A stretch of DNA of 54,051 nt, filler included, from Asterionella formosa (Eukaryota): NCBI GenBank assembly GCA_002256025.1. It is 4 parts of 4 records of this genome, joined end to end, with 100 filler letters (N's around TTAATTAATTAA, not from the genome) between each part and the next. Parts side by side here need not be neighbours in the genome. Positions count along the whole stretch, not along the records: positions 1 to 13,445 come from NKIB01006681.1; 3 more parts are not named here. One strand, 5' to 3'. Both the position numbers and the translations under genes were made by a program. Shown here piece after piece: positions 1-11,759 of this stretch (positions are counted from its first letter, which is position 1; every line of letters begins with the position of its first letter). The notes beneath the pieces are model-generated. The model saw only the letters and a list, made by a program, of their open reading frames with translations, was not told the DNA's origin and made no database searches.

Positions 1-1773
1 ACCATCATCCCCTCAGTTGGGGTCGGAGTATACATGAGTATGAGTATACCGTAAAACCTGGTCTCTTGTACCCTCTATGTACAGAGTCACGAGTGATTTC
101 ATTTAAAGGGTGATACAAGACACCGGACCGTTTTCGATCGCCAAACATTATGAAAAAACTAACTTCAACAGCGTTTTCTCCGTCGTCTAAGGCGGTAATA
201 GGTTCAAACGGTTTCTACATAAATCTTTTGGTGAATTGGTGCGCCCGAGTTTCGTGATAGCATCAACAGTAATTCCTAGATTCTCTACACGTTTGTACCT
301 AATCCTACAATTATATTAATTTGTGTAGGTTCTACGCCTTCGATCGTGATGGATATTAATTAATATAAGCCAACCACATCGCTTATATGATTATTGAATC
401 AGTTGCCACGCTTCAAATATTTCTGCATCATCAGTCAGCAGACGAAAATGATTCTATGGGTCACAAGCATCCACGACAAGCAACAAAGTGAAAATGATAC
501 CTGAAGATCTCACTGCCAAGAATCAACACAAGGCATTATGAGCACTGCAACCACAGCAAGCAATGACATCGACGAAATCAAGAACAAGACTGTTTTCACA
601 AAACATAATCGCCCAGCCACAACAAACAAGCACAATGGCACCACTGGAAGATAGCTCTACCAAGAACCAACAAAAGGCATCATAATGATAATCACATCTA
701 CGATTTCATGAAGAAATACATTGTTAGCATAATACTACGCCTTTAGATTGTAGCTTCAATGGCGATTTGATTGTTTGATTGATTTTCGACTAGAAATAGG
801 GCAGCTTTACTAGCGAATATGACGTACTGTTACACCATGACACCTGAAAAATACGTGACAAAGCGGTAGTAAATTCTGGTTCCACTATACTGTCCCTATT
901 TTTGCATAGACAAACTCATCCATTTTATATAACATGCGTACATAGTCTCCGATGAATCCAAATAGACAGGCCTGTTGCCTTGTTTAAAGGTTGCTTTCAG
1001 ATCTGTAGTGGTCTTAAAAGTTACCATCATGGTCATTGGAAAGTCAATAGCTTTGGTGTTGTGTTAATTGATTTTTCGGGGTATTTAATCAATCTTTACA
1101 GATGATTACTGTAAACTTATATTCTTAAAAAGTACTATAGAAGTACCACGACACCATGACACACTGTCGTGCCACTTGAAATAGTGATTGTTCTAGCTAT
1201 TGGGAGCATATGCCATAGAGATAGAGAAGGGTAGACTTCTTGTTCATGCAGTGTTATTTGTCCAATAATATCATATTGTTTCCAATTTTGTAGTGGTGAT
1301 TTGTCATTTAGTGAATGAGGAGGTGAACCAGAATCCAGCACCCATGTAGCTAGTGAGGACTCTGCCATCACCAATAAAAGAGTACCTCCCAAACAACTGA
1401 AAGTTTTAGTTCTTATGTTTTTCTATCTGGTTTCCCATTGGCGCTACCATCACAGTTACAAAGGTATGTTGCATGCACAAGGCACTGAAGGGAAGCAGCC
1501 AAACAAAACTGACATGGTGATAAAAGTCACAACAAGAGATTTGTCATGCAAAAAAATTTCAGCTATATTTTTAGAAAGAATGGTTTGTACAAGGCATACA
1601 AGAGATGCTGTTAAAGTGAGCTCATCTACGTAGTTATGACTCAAAGTCAAATGGGTCAACTGAGTAGTCTCAGTAAGGTAAAAAATGTCATTATATTTGT
1701 CGAATCATTTCTGACAACGGCTGCATGCAGTAGCTAAGAACCCAGTAGTATAGGGTTGGGCAACCGTTATAAA

Positions 1774-2060
1774 AGGATTCAGACGCTTGGGGTCATGAGG
1801 GAACCCGGCTGAATTCCGAATGTTGGGCAGCCATATAAATACCATAACAACATGCTCGAGTCCAATACCTCCGCCACCATGGGGAAGAGCACCATTACGG
1901 AACAAGTTCACATAATCCTGAATCGTCGATATATCGATTCCCCATACTTTGGCCCGCTATTCCAACAAGTCTGCTGGGTCATGAACACGCTGAGCCCCCG
2001 ACAAAATTTCTCATCCACAAATGATGTGATGGAACAAGGTCAAAGGAGTTCCAGTCGTAG
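1774..2060 (-). pseudogene. Cytosolic-type aspartyl-tRNA synthetase C-terminal fragment, disrupted
   Basis: Minus strand reads NSFDL..(shift)..[79 protein letters not shown]. This matches class IIb AspRS ([11 protein letters not shown] ... [13 protein letters not shown] ... FPRDPKRL). Two in-frame stops, a frameshift and no N-terminal part. Confidence 0.85.
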
Positions 2061-3006
2061 TTGATTGAAAGCTTCAAGAGACATGCGATATTCCCGATGA
2101 AATCTATTCTCATGAAGAAGCTTTGTGACATGCTCATTCCAGTCAATTTGTTGATGCTCCCATTTTGGAATTCGCACTGCTGGCTTCGAGTTTTGTTCAT
2201 AGGACTCCAAAAATGATCATGTAACTGCTGGCTGCAATTAGCAAAAAGCTCTGTTGTTCCGCTTCTTCTTTATCAAGATTGTCAATGGCATCCCAACTGT
2301 CAGGTTCTTCCGGTCGATTTGTTGTCATTGTTGTTACAGCAATGATAATGGTCAGACATGTTGAATAATTGAAGCTCACATTGCAATTTTTTTTGTTGAG
2401 TCTGATGCACAGCCATGTTTGCAGAGACATATAGAAAACGGCTAACTAATTTACCGTTACAGAGATATATTTGTGAAATGTATCTCTGTAAAGATTCATT
2501 TTTTTCTGAAGATACAACAAAAAATAATTTGTATCTCTGTTAAGATTGGCCCTGATACTACATGTTATTTGATCATTGGGCACCTATTTATTATGCATAG
2601 CCATAAAATGTATCAACATGCAACATGTATACCGGTTTGATAACTGATGATGCATATCCGGTCAACGTGAATTCTACGATGGTACCTGGTACATTGATTT
2701 AACACGACGTTTTTGGGGAGAAAAGTCTCCACTACAGCCACACCGTTATCATGTAATAAGCAAGTTAAACGTAGATGCTGCTGACAGGGCCGCAGAAAAT
2801 ATACGTCATACTTGATAGGAGTACGGTACATACAAGCTATGAAGGGGAACAAACGTCAGTCTCGAAACACATGGGGAGGACAACAATTTCTCCCCAGCCA
2901 GCCAAGAAAGCAACATGAAGTAGAGAGTATAGAGTCTCGAAAATTCTCCCCATTTTTCCACTCTTCAACAGGGACAGCAGTCTGATAGCGAAAAGGAGAA
3001 GCAATA

Positions 3007-4987
3007 ATGAAGAAAACGAGTGTAGCAGCAACAGCGGCTCTCTCGATTCAGATACTTTCTGGACTTGTACAACTCCCAGCAATTTCAAGTGCCTTCGCTC
3101 CAGGAACCGGAGTGGCCTTTTGCTCGCTTGCAAAGCGAAGTACGACCGCGCAACACAGGAGATTCGTGGCGACCGATTCATCCTTCCCACCTCCAGATCT
3201 GCCGGTTCAAGGAGATGATGGGATCTATCACCTTCTCAGCAAGGAGCAGCACTTGTGAGTTGCAGATGGCTACTGTTTGTTTTTGTTTTCACCCATGTTT
3301 GTGTTGCTAAATCGCCAACACCTACATACAACACTGCAGAGCGTTCCTTGAAGCCAATCCAGACAAACTCGTTGTCCTCAAGTTCTACGCCCCATGGTGC
3401 AAGGCTTGCAAAGGCTTGGAACCGAAATTTCTATCCATCGTCAAGAATCCTACATATCAGGACTTGCCCATCCTATTTTCAGATTTATCAGTCATGGGGA
3501 ACAAGGACTACATTAAACATTTGGGCGTCTTGGCTCTTCCATTCATTCAGTTCTATGCAGGAAATGAAGGGGGATTAGTAGAAAGCTTTCCCTGTGGCCC
3601 CAGCAAGGTGCCCATACTCAAGGAAAAACTCACGCACCTCATCAATGAACGTATTGATCCGACGACGAAGAAACTAAAAGCATGGATCTCCACGACTGAA
3701 GAAACAGAACCATGTGCAGCTCGCTCGTTGACAACGACTACAGAACCCAATAGCAGCAATGCGACACAGTTAACTGTAGGTGGAGTTCAAATTTCGGAAG
3801 AAAAACTTGCACTGTTGAGAACATCCATACCATACTTTGCTGACTTTACGGATGAAGAATTCTTCGGGCTCATGAGCAAGGCAAAGCTGTTGACTTTTGA
3901 ACCATCGTCCATCATCATGAGAGAAGGCAAGCCAGGAAAAACATTTTACGTTATCGATACTGGCGAAGTCGAAATTTCTTGCCGCACGGCCTTTGCGGAC
4001 CCACTCACCACTCCCTCGTCATATTTGGGAACAGTCATTAATAAGTTCGGTCCCAACGAATACTTCGGCGAACGATCGCTCATTACAGGAGAGCCTCGGG
4101 CAGCATCAGTTGTCGCTTGGAAAAAGACACGATGCTTTGCCTTTAACATTAACGACATTCCGCAATCGTCCATTCTGTCGGGCAAGGGTGGAGTCAGTGA
4201 ATTCCGGCTGCAACAAGTTAATAACAAGTATGGAGTGGACATGGATTTCGGGGATGCTACGTCGGCCACATTGAAAGCGCAATTGGAAGCCAGTACGATG
4301 GGGAGTCAAGTACGTGGATCAGTCAATTCACCTCAAGTCATTCGAGGAGTAGATACCGATGAAGAAGTGGAGGATGATGTGGTAGCATCTAACACAATGT
4401 CTGTGGCAGACATTGCCAATCCTAATGATCAAATCATTATTCCATTGTTGGTCAAGTTCCGAATGATTCGACACGCCGCCCGTTGCTTTGATTATATCAT
4501 GACAACCCAACCCAGGTGGGGCGATAAAGGAACTCAACGTCGTCGCAGTATGTTAGTGCAACGTCTGACTAAGGCACAGCGCGAAGAATTCACTAATGTC
4601 TTTTCGATTATTGACCAATCAAAGAAGGATGAGATCAGTTTGTTGGACTTGAAGAGAGTAATGGAGTCTATAGGGGAAACCAAGTCTGACGTTGAGCTCC
4701 AAGCAATGATTTCAAATACAAATATGGATGGGAAAGAAGTGATATCAAAGCAGGACTTTCTGGGCATCATGGCAGAAGCGGACTTTTATCATTTATTCAA
4801 AGACACGTTCGCCAGTATGGACAAGCACAACAGCGGGTTTGTCAAAGCATCTGAGTTAGATCGTGTCCTTTGTGGTATGCGTGACTTGATCAGTGACGAT
4901 CGCAAATCTATTATTGACGTGGATGACAAGGATATGATGATTGACTACGAACAGTTTAGTAAGATGCTGCTGGGAACTTCTCTTTGA
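3007..4987 (+). CDS. Predicted plastid-targeted thioredoxin + cyclic-nucleotide-binding + EF-hand fusion protein, 631 aa; exons 3007-3254, 3340-4987
   Basis: Intron 3255-3339 (GTGAGT..GCTAA..CTGCAG) joins the ORFs in frame, giving ..EQHLAFLEANPDKLVVLKFYAPWCKACKGLEPKF (Trx CxxC). CNB domain has FGERSLITGEPRAASV. C-terminal EF-hand loops include DKHNSGFVKASEL. N-terminus is a hydrophobic signal followed by SSAFAP. Confidence 0.9.
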
Positions 4988-5654
4988 TCCATTGGAGATA
5001 TACCTTAATACCTCACCGGTTTAGTGTTGCATATTCAAGTAGAAAAATTAAGATTTTGCCCTTTCGAGTGGGTCCAATGAGATGTAAATAGTAACAACTA
5101 AGTCCTCCCTGCATGGTCTCCGTTGAATGGACTGGTATCCTTGTACCGGCTTGACCTTATACCTGGACTCCATACCCTTCTGAGTTATTACAGCCAGACC
5201 TGAGCTTCATTAATAATAGTGACACTATGATGATAGGCTGTACATATGATGCATCCGTCCATTGTTGGCAAGGCTGTCGTGGCCATACCGGGTCCTGCTA
5301 CCAGGTACTTTATCTGGTAGAATTGTTACCTGTTCTGTAGTAAGTACAAGTACTGTCGTACCAGGTACATGCAGTACCGGTAATATAAATATTGTCATAG
5401 AATAACTAAATAAATAAATACATACATAGCTATAATTTTCCGGTATGTAGTCTCGAAACCATTAGCAATAGCAACGATACTTAATGGAGACACATCCATG
5501 GCGGCCGAGCTTAAACTCGTGTCTTCAGCTCACATAAAAATACAAATACAAAAAATTTCGCAGTTTCTTCTCGTTACCTTCGCAGCTATTGCTTACTCTT
5601 CCATTGCTCATTCTTTCTCTTACTTTGAATTCATAGGATTATAGCATCATTGCT

Positions 5655-8252
5655 ATGCCTACACCATTCTCTGTTTATGTACGCACAGCAAAGATTCTTC
5701 AGCAAAGCGAAAAAAAGCACAACAAACAGAGAGATTCCGTAACCAAGCTTGCCGCCAAAAATGTTACGACACCATATAAGAGTCGATTGTCAATGATTCA
5801 GAAAGGAGATTCGTCTCAACAAGACCAACATACTCCCGTTTCTGATACTATCAGGAACTACGGTAGTCAGAACCCTCGTTTGCGACAAATCCGACACTCG
5901 TATGCACTTCCATCAGTAGCGAGAAGGTTGCCGCCAACACCTTCCATTGCACTATTTGGTGGCAATCGTGTACCTTTTGATATAAAAGGAGCAAAAGAGG
6001 ATAACGATTCGCATATGGGAGGTGTTGTCATGTCTCAATTGACCATGCCTGAGTTTGGAAGCAATTCCGTCAGCGACTCCACGAATTCGCAGCATTCCAC
6101 GTCATATCCTCCATTTCTAAATCATTCATCCAACCAGGGTGTTTCAAGCAATGGTTCCTCTCAACTGAATCATCCAAAATCTCAATTCAGTGCTTCTCTC
6201 GCAAAAGCATCATCTACTGACTCGCGTCCACTTCGATTGTCTCAGATCTCCAGTTCAGCAACAAGTCAATTCAGTTTTCATCAGATTCCGCGCGCTCCTT
6301 CTGGAACGCCGATCCCCGAGACTCCTATTCATCAGAGGCGATCTTGGATGTCTAATACTATGCCCTGTCGACGAAGCATTTTCGAAAATCCCATTATTCC
6401 TCGCTTCAGAGACATAGAACAACCTCCGTATCATTCCCAAACACTGGTTCCTATCAATACCAAGGATCGAGCCACGTGTTCAGCCAATTTACATCCCATT
6501 TCCGCTACTCCTGCTCCCACCCGTGAGGTTATTTTTAACGACAATAGATGTGAATACATGATGTCATCGCCTTCCGAGAAATTGAGCGTCGTTTCACGAA
6601 ACGAGTCCGACGATGTCGCCAACAAGGAGCTGCACCAGTTGACAGAAATCCATAACATTGTAACGCAAGCGACCAATCAAATAGAGACGCTGGCCGAAAC
6701 TGTTCGGGATCAGAGGCGTCATATGGATGAGATTGAGGCAGCGACCCTTGATTTTCAAAATGATCATTCAGAAACCGTTGTGCGAGAGCAGAAACGTCAC
6801 ATGAACGAGATTGAGACTGTCAGAAATCAGCATCAAATTGCACTTAACGAAACTGCTGTCCGAGAGCAGAAGCGTCACATGGACGAGATGCAGGCTGTCA
6901 AAAGCGAATATCGAATTGAACTTACCGAAACTGCTGCCCGAGAACAGAAACGCCATATGGAGAATTTAGAGACTGCACTCACTGAAAGTGCGGTCCGAGA
7001 GCAGAAACGTTACATGGACGCGATGGAGGCTGTCAGCAGTCAGTATCAAATTGCACTTACCGCTACCGCTGCCCGAGAGCAGAAACGTCACATGGAGGAT
7101 TTGGAGACTGCCAGCAGTCATCATCGAAATAAACTCACTGAAACTTTGGCGCTAGAGCAGAAACTTCATTGGGAGGCGATGGAGGCTGCCAATCTTAAGA
7201 ATCGAACCGCGCTGACTGAAACATCAGCCCGCGAGCAGAGACGTCATATGGAAGAAATGGAGGCCGTCAGCTGGCAGTATCAAAATTCTCTTGAGACAAT
7301 ATGCGCAACAAGTAAAAGCGATATTCATTCTGTTGGTGCTCGAGAAATCAAATCTCTTTCCACGTCCTTGACAAACCATTCTGTATCACTTCGCATTGCA
7401 GAAGACGATCACCGCCGTGAAGCATTCGAAGCGGAGAAGTCAAATTTTATCTTTAGCGTCCTCCCGTTGCTCCGAGATAAGGCGAGAGATATCATTAATG
7501 CAGCACTGGACAGCGAGCTGGTGATCACCAAAGTGCACGACATAATGAATTCGTTCAAGGTCAGCGTGATCGGTCAATTGAAGGCAGAAAGCCGCAAAAT
7601 ATTCATGCTACCTGCCTTCACTTTTGGGATGGAAAAGCAGTCCGTTTCCCAGCTCCCAGTAGCCTCAACCCCGCCATCCAAAATACTTGATAATGTTATA
7701 CTCTCCATGGATTCCGCAACGAAGAAACGCCCAAGCCCCGTTTCGATACCGGTTCGCCGAAGCAAACGTCTTCGTACTTCGGCCAAGGCGTCTGCTTTGA
7801 AAGAAATTCAGAATCACTGCGTCACACCGTATGCGCAAAGGAACATAGAGCGCAAATCAATCGATAGCTACACAAAACTCCCTACCACAAACTCGCTGTC
7901 TCCTAGGTCAGTGCAGATTACCACTAACATGACTGTGGACCTTGAAAGGTCCAATACTGAGAAAGGAAAACAGAAATTTTTGGAAGGTGACAGGCGACCT
8001 CGTAAGCTTGAGATGGACCTTTCCGCAAGCGAGCTGGGGCCGCGAGGCAATTTTAGGTTCACAGAGCCTCGCAGCACAAACAAGGCGGCCGTCGTGCCTT
8101 GCACGCCTAAATCCAAATCTAAAACCTCCGCGGTATCAGAAATCTCTTACCATCCCAATCGCAATCGCTCGAAAAGACGTAAGGCTCAGAACTACCAGCA
8201 TCATAATGTTCACAAGGCAATTGACGACTCTTTCAGTTTTTTGGATCGTTAG
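5655..8252 (+). CDS. Hypothetical 865-aa protein: S/P/Q-rich disordered ends, central helical repeats, basic NLS-like clusters
   Basis: Long uninterrupted ATG-started ORF with 8 internal ETxxREQKRHM repeats, plus KKRPS..RRSKRLR and RSKRRK clusters. Confidence 0.8.
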   Translation: MPTPFSVYVRTAKILQQSEKKHNKQRDSVTKLAAKNVTTPYKSRLSMIQKGDSSQQDQHTPVSDTIRNYGSQNPRLRQIRHSYALPSVARRLPPTPSIALFGGNRVPFDIKGAKEDNDSHMGGVVMSQLTMPEFGSNSVSDSTNSQHSTSYPPFLNHSSNQGVSSNGSSQLNHPKSQFSASLAKASSTDSRPLRLSQISSSATSQFSFHQIPRAPSGTPIPETPIHQRRSWMSNTMPCRRSIFENPIIPRFRDIEQPPYHSQTLVPINTKDRATCSANLHPISATPAPTREVIFNDNRCEYMMSSPSEKLSVVSRNESDDVANKELHQLTEIHNIVTQATNQIETLAETVRDQRRHMDEIEAATLDFQNDHSETVVREQKRHMNEIETVRNQHQIALNETAVREQKRHMDEMQAVKSEYRIELTETAAREQKRHMENLETALTESAVREQKRYMDAMEAVSSQYQIALTATAAREQKRHMEDLETASSHHRNKLTETLALEQKLHWEAMEAANLKNRTALTETSAREQRRHMEEMEAVSWQYQNSLETICATSKSDIHSVGAREIKSLSTSLTNHSVSLRIAEDDHRREAFEAEKSNFIFSVLPLLRDKARDIINAALDSELVITKVHDIMNSFKVSVIGQLKAESRKIFMLPAFTFGMEKQSVSQLPVASTPPSKILDNVILSMDSATKKRPSPVSIPVRRSKRLRTSAKASALKEIQNHCVTPYAQRNIERKSIDSYTKLPTTNSLSPRSVQITTNMTVDLERSNTEKGKQKFLEGDRRPRKLEMDLSASELGPRGNFRFTEPRSTNKAAVVPCTPKSKSKTSAVSEISYHPNRNRSKRRKAQNYQHHNVHKAIDDSFSFLDR
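6696..7295 (+). repeat. Coding tandem repeat, 8 units of mostly 78 nt (26 aa)
   Basis: Units ETVVREQKRHMNEIETVRNQHQIALN, ETAVREQKRHMDEMQAVKSEYRIELT and so on; one unit is shortened to 19 aa and the first is 25 aa. Confidence 0.9.
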
Positions 8253-8427
8253 AAAAGAAATTCTTTTTTTGGTCGGTTGAATCAATAAAAACCATTTGGA
8301 TCTTGCCGAAAAAGGAATATTCATTTCGCTGTAGGCTCTACTAAATCAGTGTATTGAATAGAATTCGTTGCTGCATCCAAAAGCACTATAATTTCAAATA
8401 CCTTAAATCAATCGATGTATGGAGGGT

Positions 8428-8742
8428 CTAATACTCTGGAATTACCTGTCCCGTTTCCACGTCTATCATTTCGCCAGTCACTGGGTCGACTTCAACCTCC
8501 TGCTTCTTTCTTGTGTCTTCAGAATAACGAGGAAAATTCATGTATTTTTTCCTAAACTGTTCGCGCATTTCTTTCTGTTCGTCCGTGACAAAAGTGGCTC
8601 TCATATTCTTGATCCATTGCATATGCTCGTCGAATTGGTCTGGATCCAATTGGTTGGGCGCCTTTGGCTTCTTGTCAGTGAATTGGGAGCCGCTGACGAT
8701 TGCCGTCAGAGTGAGGAAGGTCAACAACATGCAACGCATCAT
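8428..8742 (-). CDS. Small predicted secreted protein, about 104 aa, unknown function
   Basis: From the ATG at 8742: MMRCMLLTFLTLTAIVSG resembles a signal peptide, followed by a charged mature region ending EVDPVTGEMIDVETGQVIPEY. Convergent with the 865-aa gene. Confidence 0.65.
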   Translation of the reverse strand: MMRCMLLTFLTLTAIVSGSQFTDKKPKAPNQLDPDQFDEHMQWIKNMRATFVTDEQKEMREQFRKKYMNFPRYSEDTRKKQEVEVDPVTGEMIDVETGQVIPEY

Positions 8743-9234
8743 GCAAAACAACGAAAAAGGTTTTTTTGAAGAAAGAAGTATCGGTATAGCAAATGCAATC
8801 CAAAAATGCATGTTCTAAAATTCAAATGCTCCTATATCACGGTTGACACGACGAGTCGGCATACATATTTATAAACCACCATTTCTACACGCATGTAAAC
8901 AAATTTCAATACAGGTACCAATTTTAACGCTCCCTGTTGCACGTAATTTAACTGAAAGAGTGGTAAATTTAACGGTTGACTATGTACTGGTATACTAGCC
9001 AGCATCCAAGCAAAAAAATATGCAATAGACCTGCAAAAAATCGATTATCGAAACTATCGGTACCTGGTACCAGTAATCATATTCTACTGGAAGATGCGGT
9101 CATTGCGCCCACCTGCAGGGCTTCGAAACCCTAACGGAACGATGGAGTCGGCTGACTTTCTATTTCTAGCAAATTGTTTTTCGTAAGGAAATCAAATTAT
9201 AAGCGTAATTACGAAAAAATATTCATTTGTATGT

Positions 9235-9350
9235 TAGGGAATGGCCTAGTGGTCAAGCAAGTTGCCTTTGACCTGAGGTTGCTGTGAGATTCCATTCCCG
9301 CAATTTTTTTTTAAGAAGCAATTGTTGGGTTCGACTCCCTCACTCCTTAC
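9235..9350 (+). ncRNA. tRNA-like sequence (pseudo-tRNA or SINE head) with Pol III A and B boxes
   Basis: A-box TGGCCTAGTGG (9242-9252) and B-box GGTTCGACTCC (9328-9338). Anticodon-arm-like GTTGC-CTTTGA...GCAAT is interrupted by an insert of about 45 nt containing a T-run. Confidence 0.55.
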
Positions 9351-9839
9351 CGTCCCGCACGGTCTTGCCTGGTGTGCAAGAAATAGTGCTGGGTTGCCCC
9401 CCTCCCTACAAGCAGCTTGTGTTGCCTTCCTAGGCGGTCGGAGTTTCCCCTAACGCTGCAGCTAAGACAATCACCTTTCGCAAAAGATGGTTGGGGACTC
9501 ACCTACGCTAACAAAACTAGGGAAGCACAGGTCTTGTCGGCAGGTAGCACAATGAAATATTTGAAGAGGGGACACGTACAAATGGGCTATAAAACATACT
9601 AAATATTTTTATTAATGTGTATGCTATTTATGAACAAAATTTTACTGATGCTAATATTATGTTGTACTGGTAGCTATGGTGGCTACCTAATGTACCGGTA
9701 GTTTCAGGATGCAGCCAGCCAGCATATAATATTTATTTTAGTGATAACAATATTTAGTACATAACACGTTATTGATAAAATCTGGGCCAGCTCCTGCCAT
9801 TTACTGGTAACTATTTGAACTTGAAATACTTCATGGCAA

Positions 9840-9970
9840 TGAGCAAATTTTCTAGCTGTGAGCAAAAATTTGATGAGGTAGGGAGCAAATTTATTTAGCG
9901 ACGAGCAATTTTTCTAAGCAATGAGCAAATGCTATGAGAGATGAGCAAAATTTCGTGTAGTGAGCAAATT
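9840..9970. repeat. Seven GAGCAA(A/T) motifs at about 20-bp spacing
   Basis: GAGCAA at 9841, 9860, 9883, 9903, 9923, 9943 and 9962, with variable spacers. Confidence 0.8.
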
Positions 9971-11759
9971 GGAGGGTTTATTAAGGAGGGAATGCCAAAT
10001 CACTACTAATTAGGGTTATGATTTAAATTTACTTAGGAGGAAGAACATGAATAGGAAGCCAGCCGACTCCAACAGTCGGTCGAAATTGCAAAGCCCTGCA
10101 GGCGGGCTGAAACCAAAAAAGCGCGCAATTGGCGCAATTACCACCACACCTTCCTGGTGCGTATGATTCACAGACTCATACGGAGTACATACAAAGCAGA
10201 ACAGATTTGGCATTGGAATCACAAACAACCACACATATGACACCATGGGCCAATGCCTCGGCAGGTACTAGGGCAGACCGTGTACTGGTCAAGACTTGGG
10301 CTGCACACGTGTTTTTAGTGAGTGAATGTCTCACACTACCTCTCCCAGGTGTAGGGGCGGGGTTGTGCCTCGTCACCAGACACCAGGACATAAATGGATG
10401 ATGGGGTGCTTAAAAACCATTTCTGATTAGCTACTATGCACGTGTACTGGTGTGAAGAGTTCGAATCCTCCCATGATTACCCCCAAGCACCCACAACTAT
10501 GGGGCAGACGGGCAAAGCGGCCGGATTGGTTTTCTCCTGGCGCCTTGTTGGAACAGCAAAAAACACCACACATACTACGACAATTTGTTCCCAACCGTTA
10601 GCATTGCGCTCACTCATCCGCCATGCCCTTCTTGTCCTTCTTGCTGTACTCCCAGAAAGATTCTACTGATGATCCTTAGAAAGTTATTATCTACAATGTT
10701 GTATTCAATGAGGGGGTGTTCGACATGATTGCTGAGGATAGCTCATAAGTTGAAGAAGAGACATTGACACTGAAGAAACAAGAATCAAGACCTCCAAAAA
10801 GAAAAGTGACAAGAACCAGCAGACCAGATTTTGTCTCACATCTTTATCCACCAGAATCTCACTCAGTTGTCCATTTTCATGATAAATCCTTTTTCTCGCG
10901 GTGAAAGCAGCAATAACAAGCAATTATAACAATGATATGAAGAACACCAATTGATACCTTCATTCAGCGAATATTATCAGTTTTCATGTGTTCACAATTA
11001 GCAAAATGTGATAGGATTCAGTGGATCATATTTTCGAACGCACTTAAATATTGTTATCAATCAGCAAAATCTGTCTAAAAATACGTGCAGTGATTTGCAT
11101 TGACTCAAATACAAGTCAGCTTTTAGGGACAAGCCAAGCAAGAAAATGGCATCAGGATGATTGATTGAGTCAAAACAATTTGACCTTCAAAGCTTAACCA
11201 AACACTTAATAAAGTTTGTGTCAAACTTAAAATCACTTGAATCCTTGTCCATGATGATGTTAGCTCTGCCAAAAATCCAGCCAATCAACTGATGGAACAA
11301 AGCAGTTGTTGCAAGTGATTTCCTCACAATGACACTTTCTGTTGTTTACTTTCTTGGAGTATATGTATCAAAAAGAGGAGGCTTGACTAAATCATGCAGG
11401 AGCTTGAGGGATGCATGATTGAACTTTCACAATGCAATGAAGCATCATTACGCTCACTACTGAATAAAAGACAAATAAACTTCAGGCATAGACGAGTAAC
11501 AATGCAGTGAGGATACTGTCATAATATCACAGACTACCTGGTACCCTCATCATTTAGTTGGGAGGACAACACAAAAACACTCAATGTATGAACTGTGAAC
11601 AATTATATGCTATTTATATTTTAATAATTTATAATTATTGGCGTCACAATAAATATAGATATATAATATTATGTCGACCACAATCAGCTTTTTGTGATAT
11701 CTGAAGAAGTAGCTTCCCTGTGCTGTCCACATCTATTTCACCAGCCAGTCACAGCAAGA

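Noticed and set aside
9840..9970. CRISPR-like repeat-spacer appearance
   Set aside because: Repeat of 6-9 bp and spacers of about 12 bp are far too short; eukaryotic context and no cas genes.
10457..10470. Isolated B-box-like GAGTTCGAATCC
   Set aside because: No convincing A box or cloverleaf nearby.
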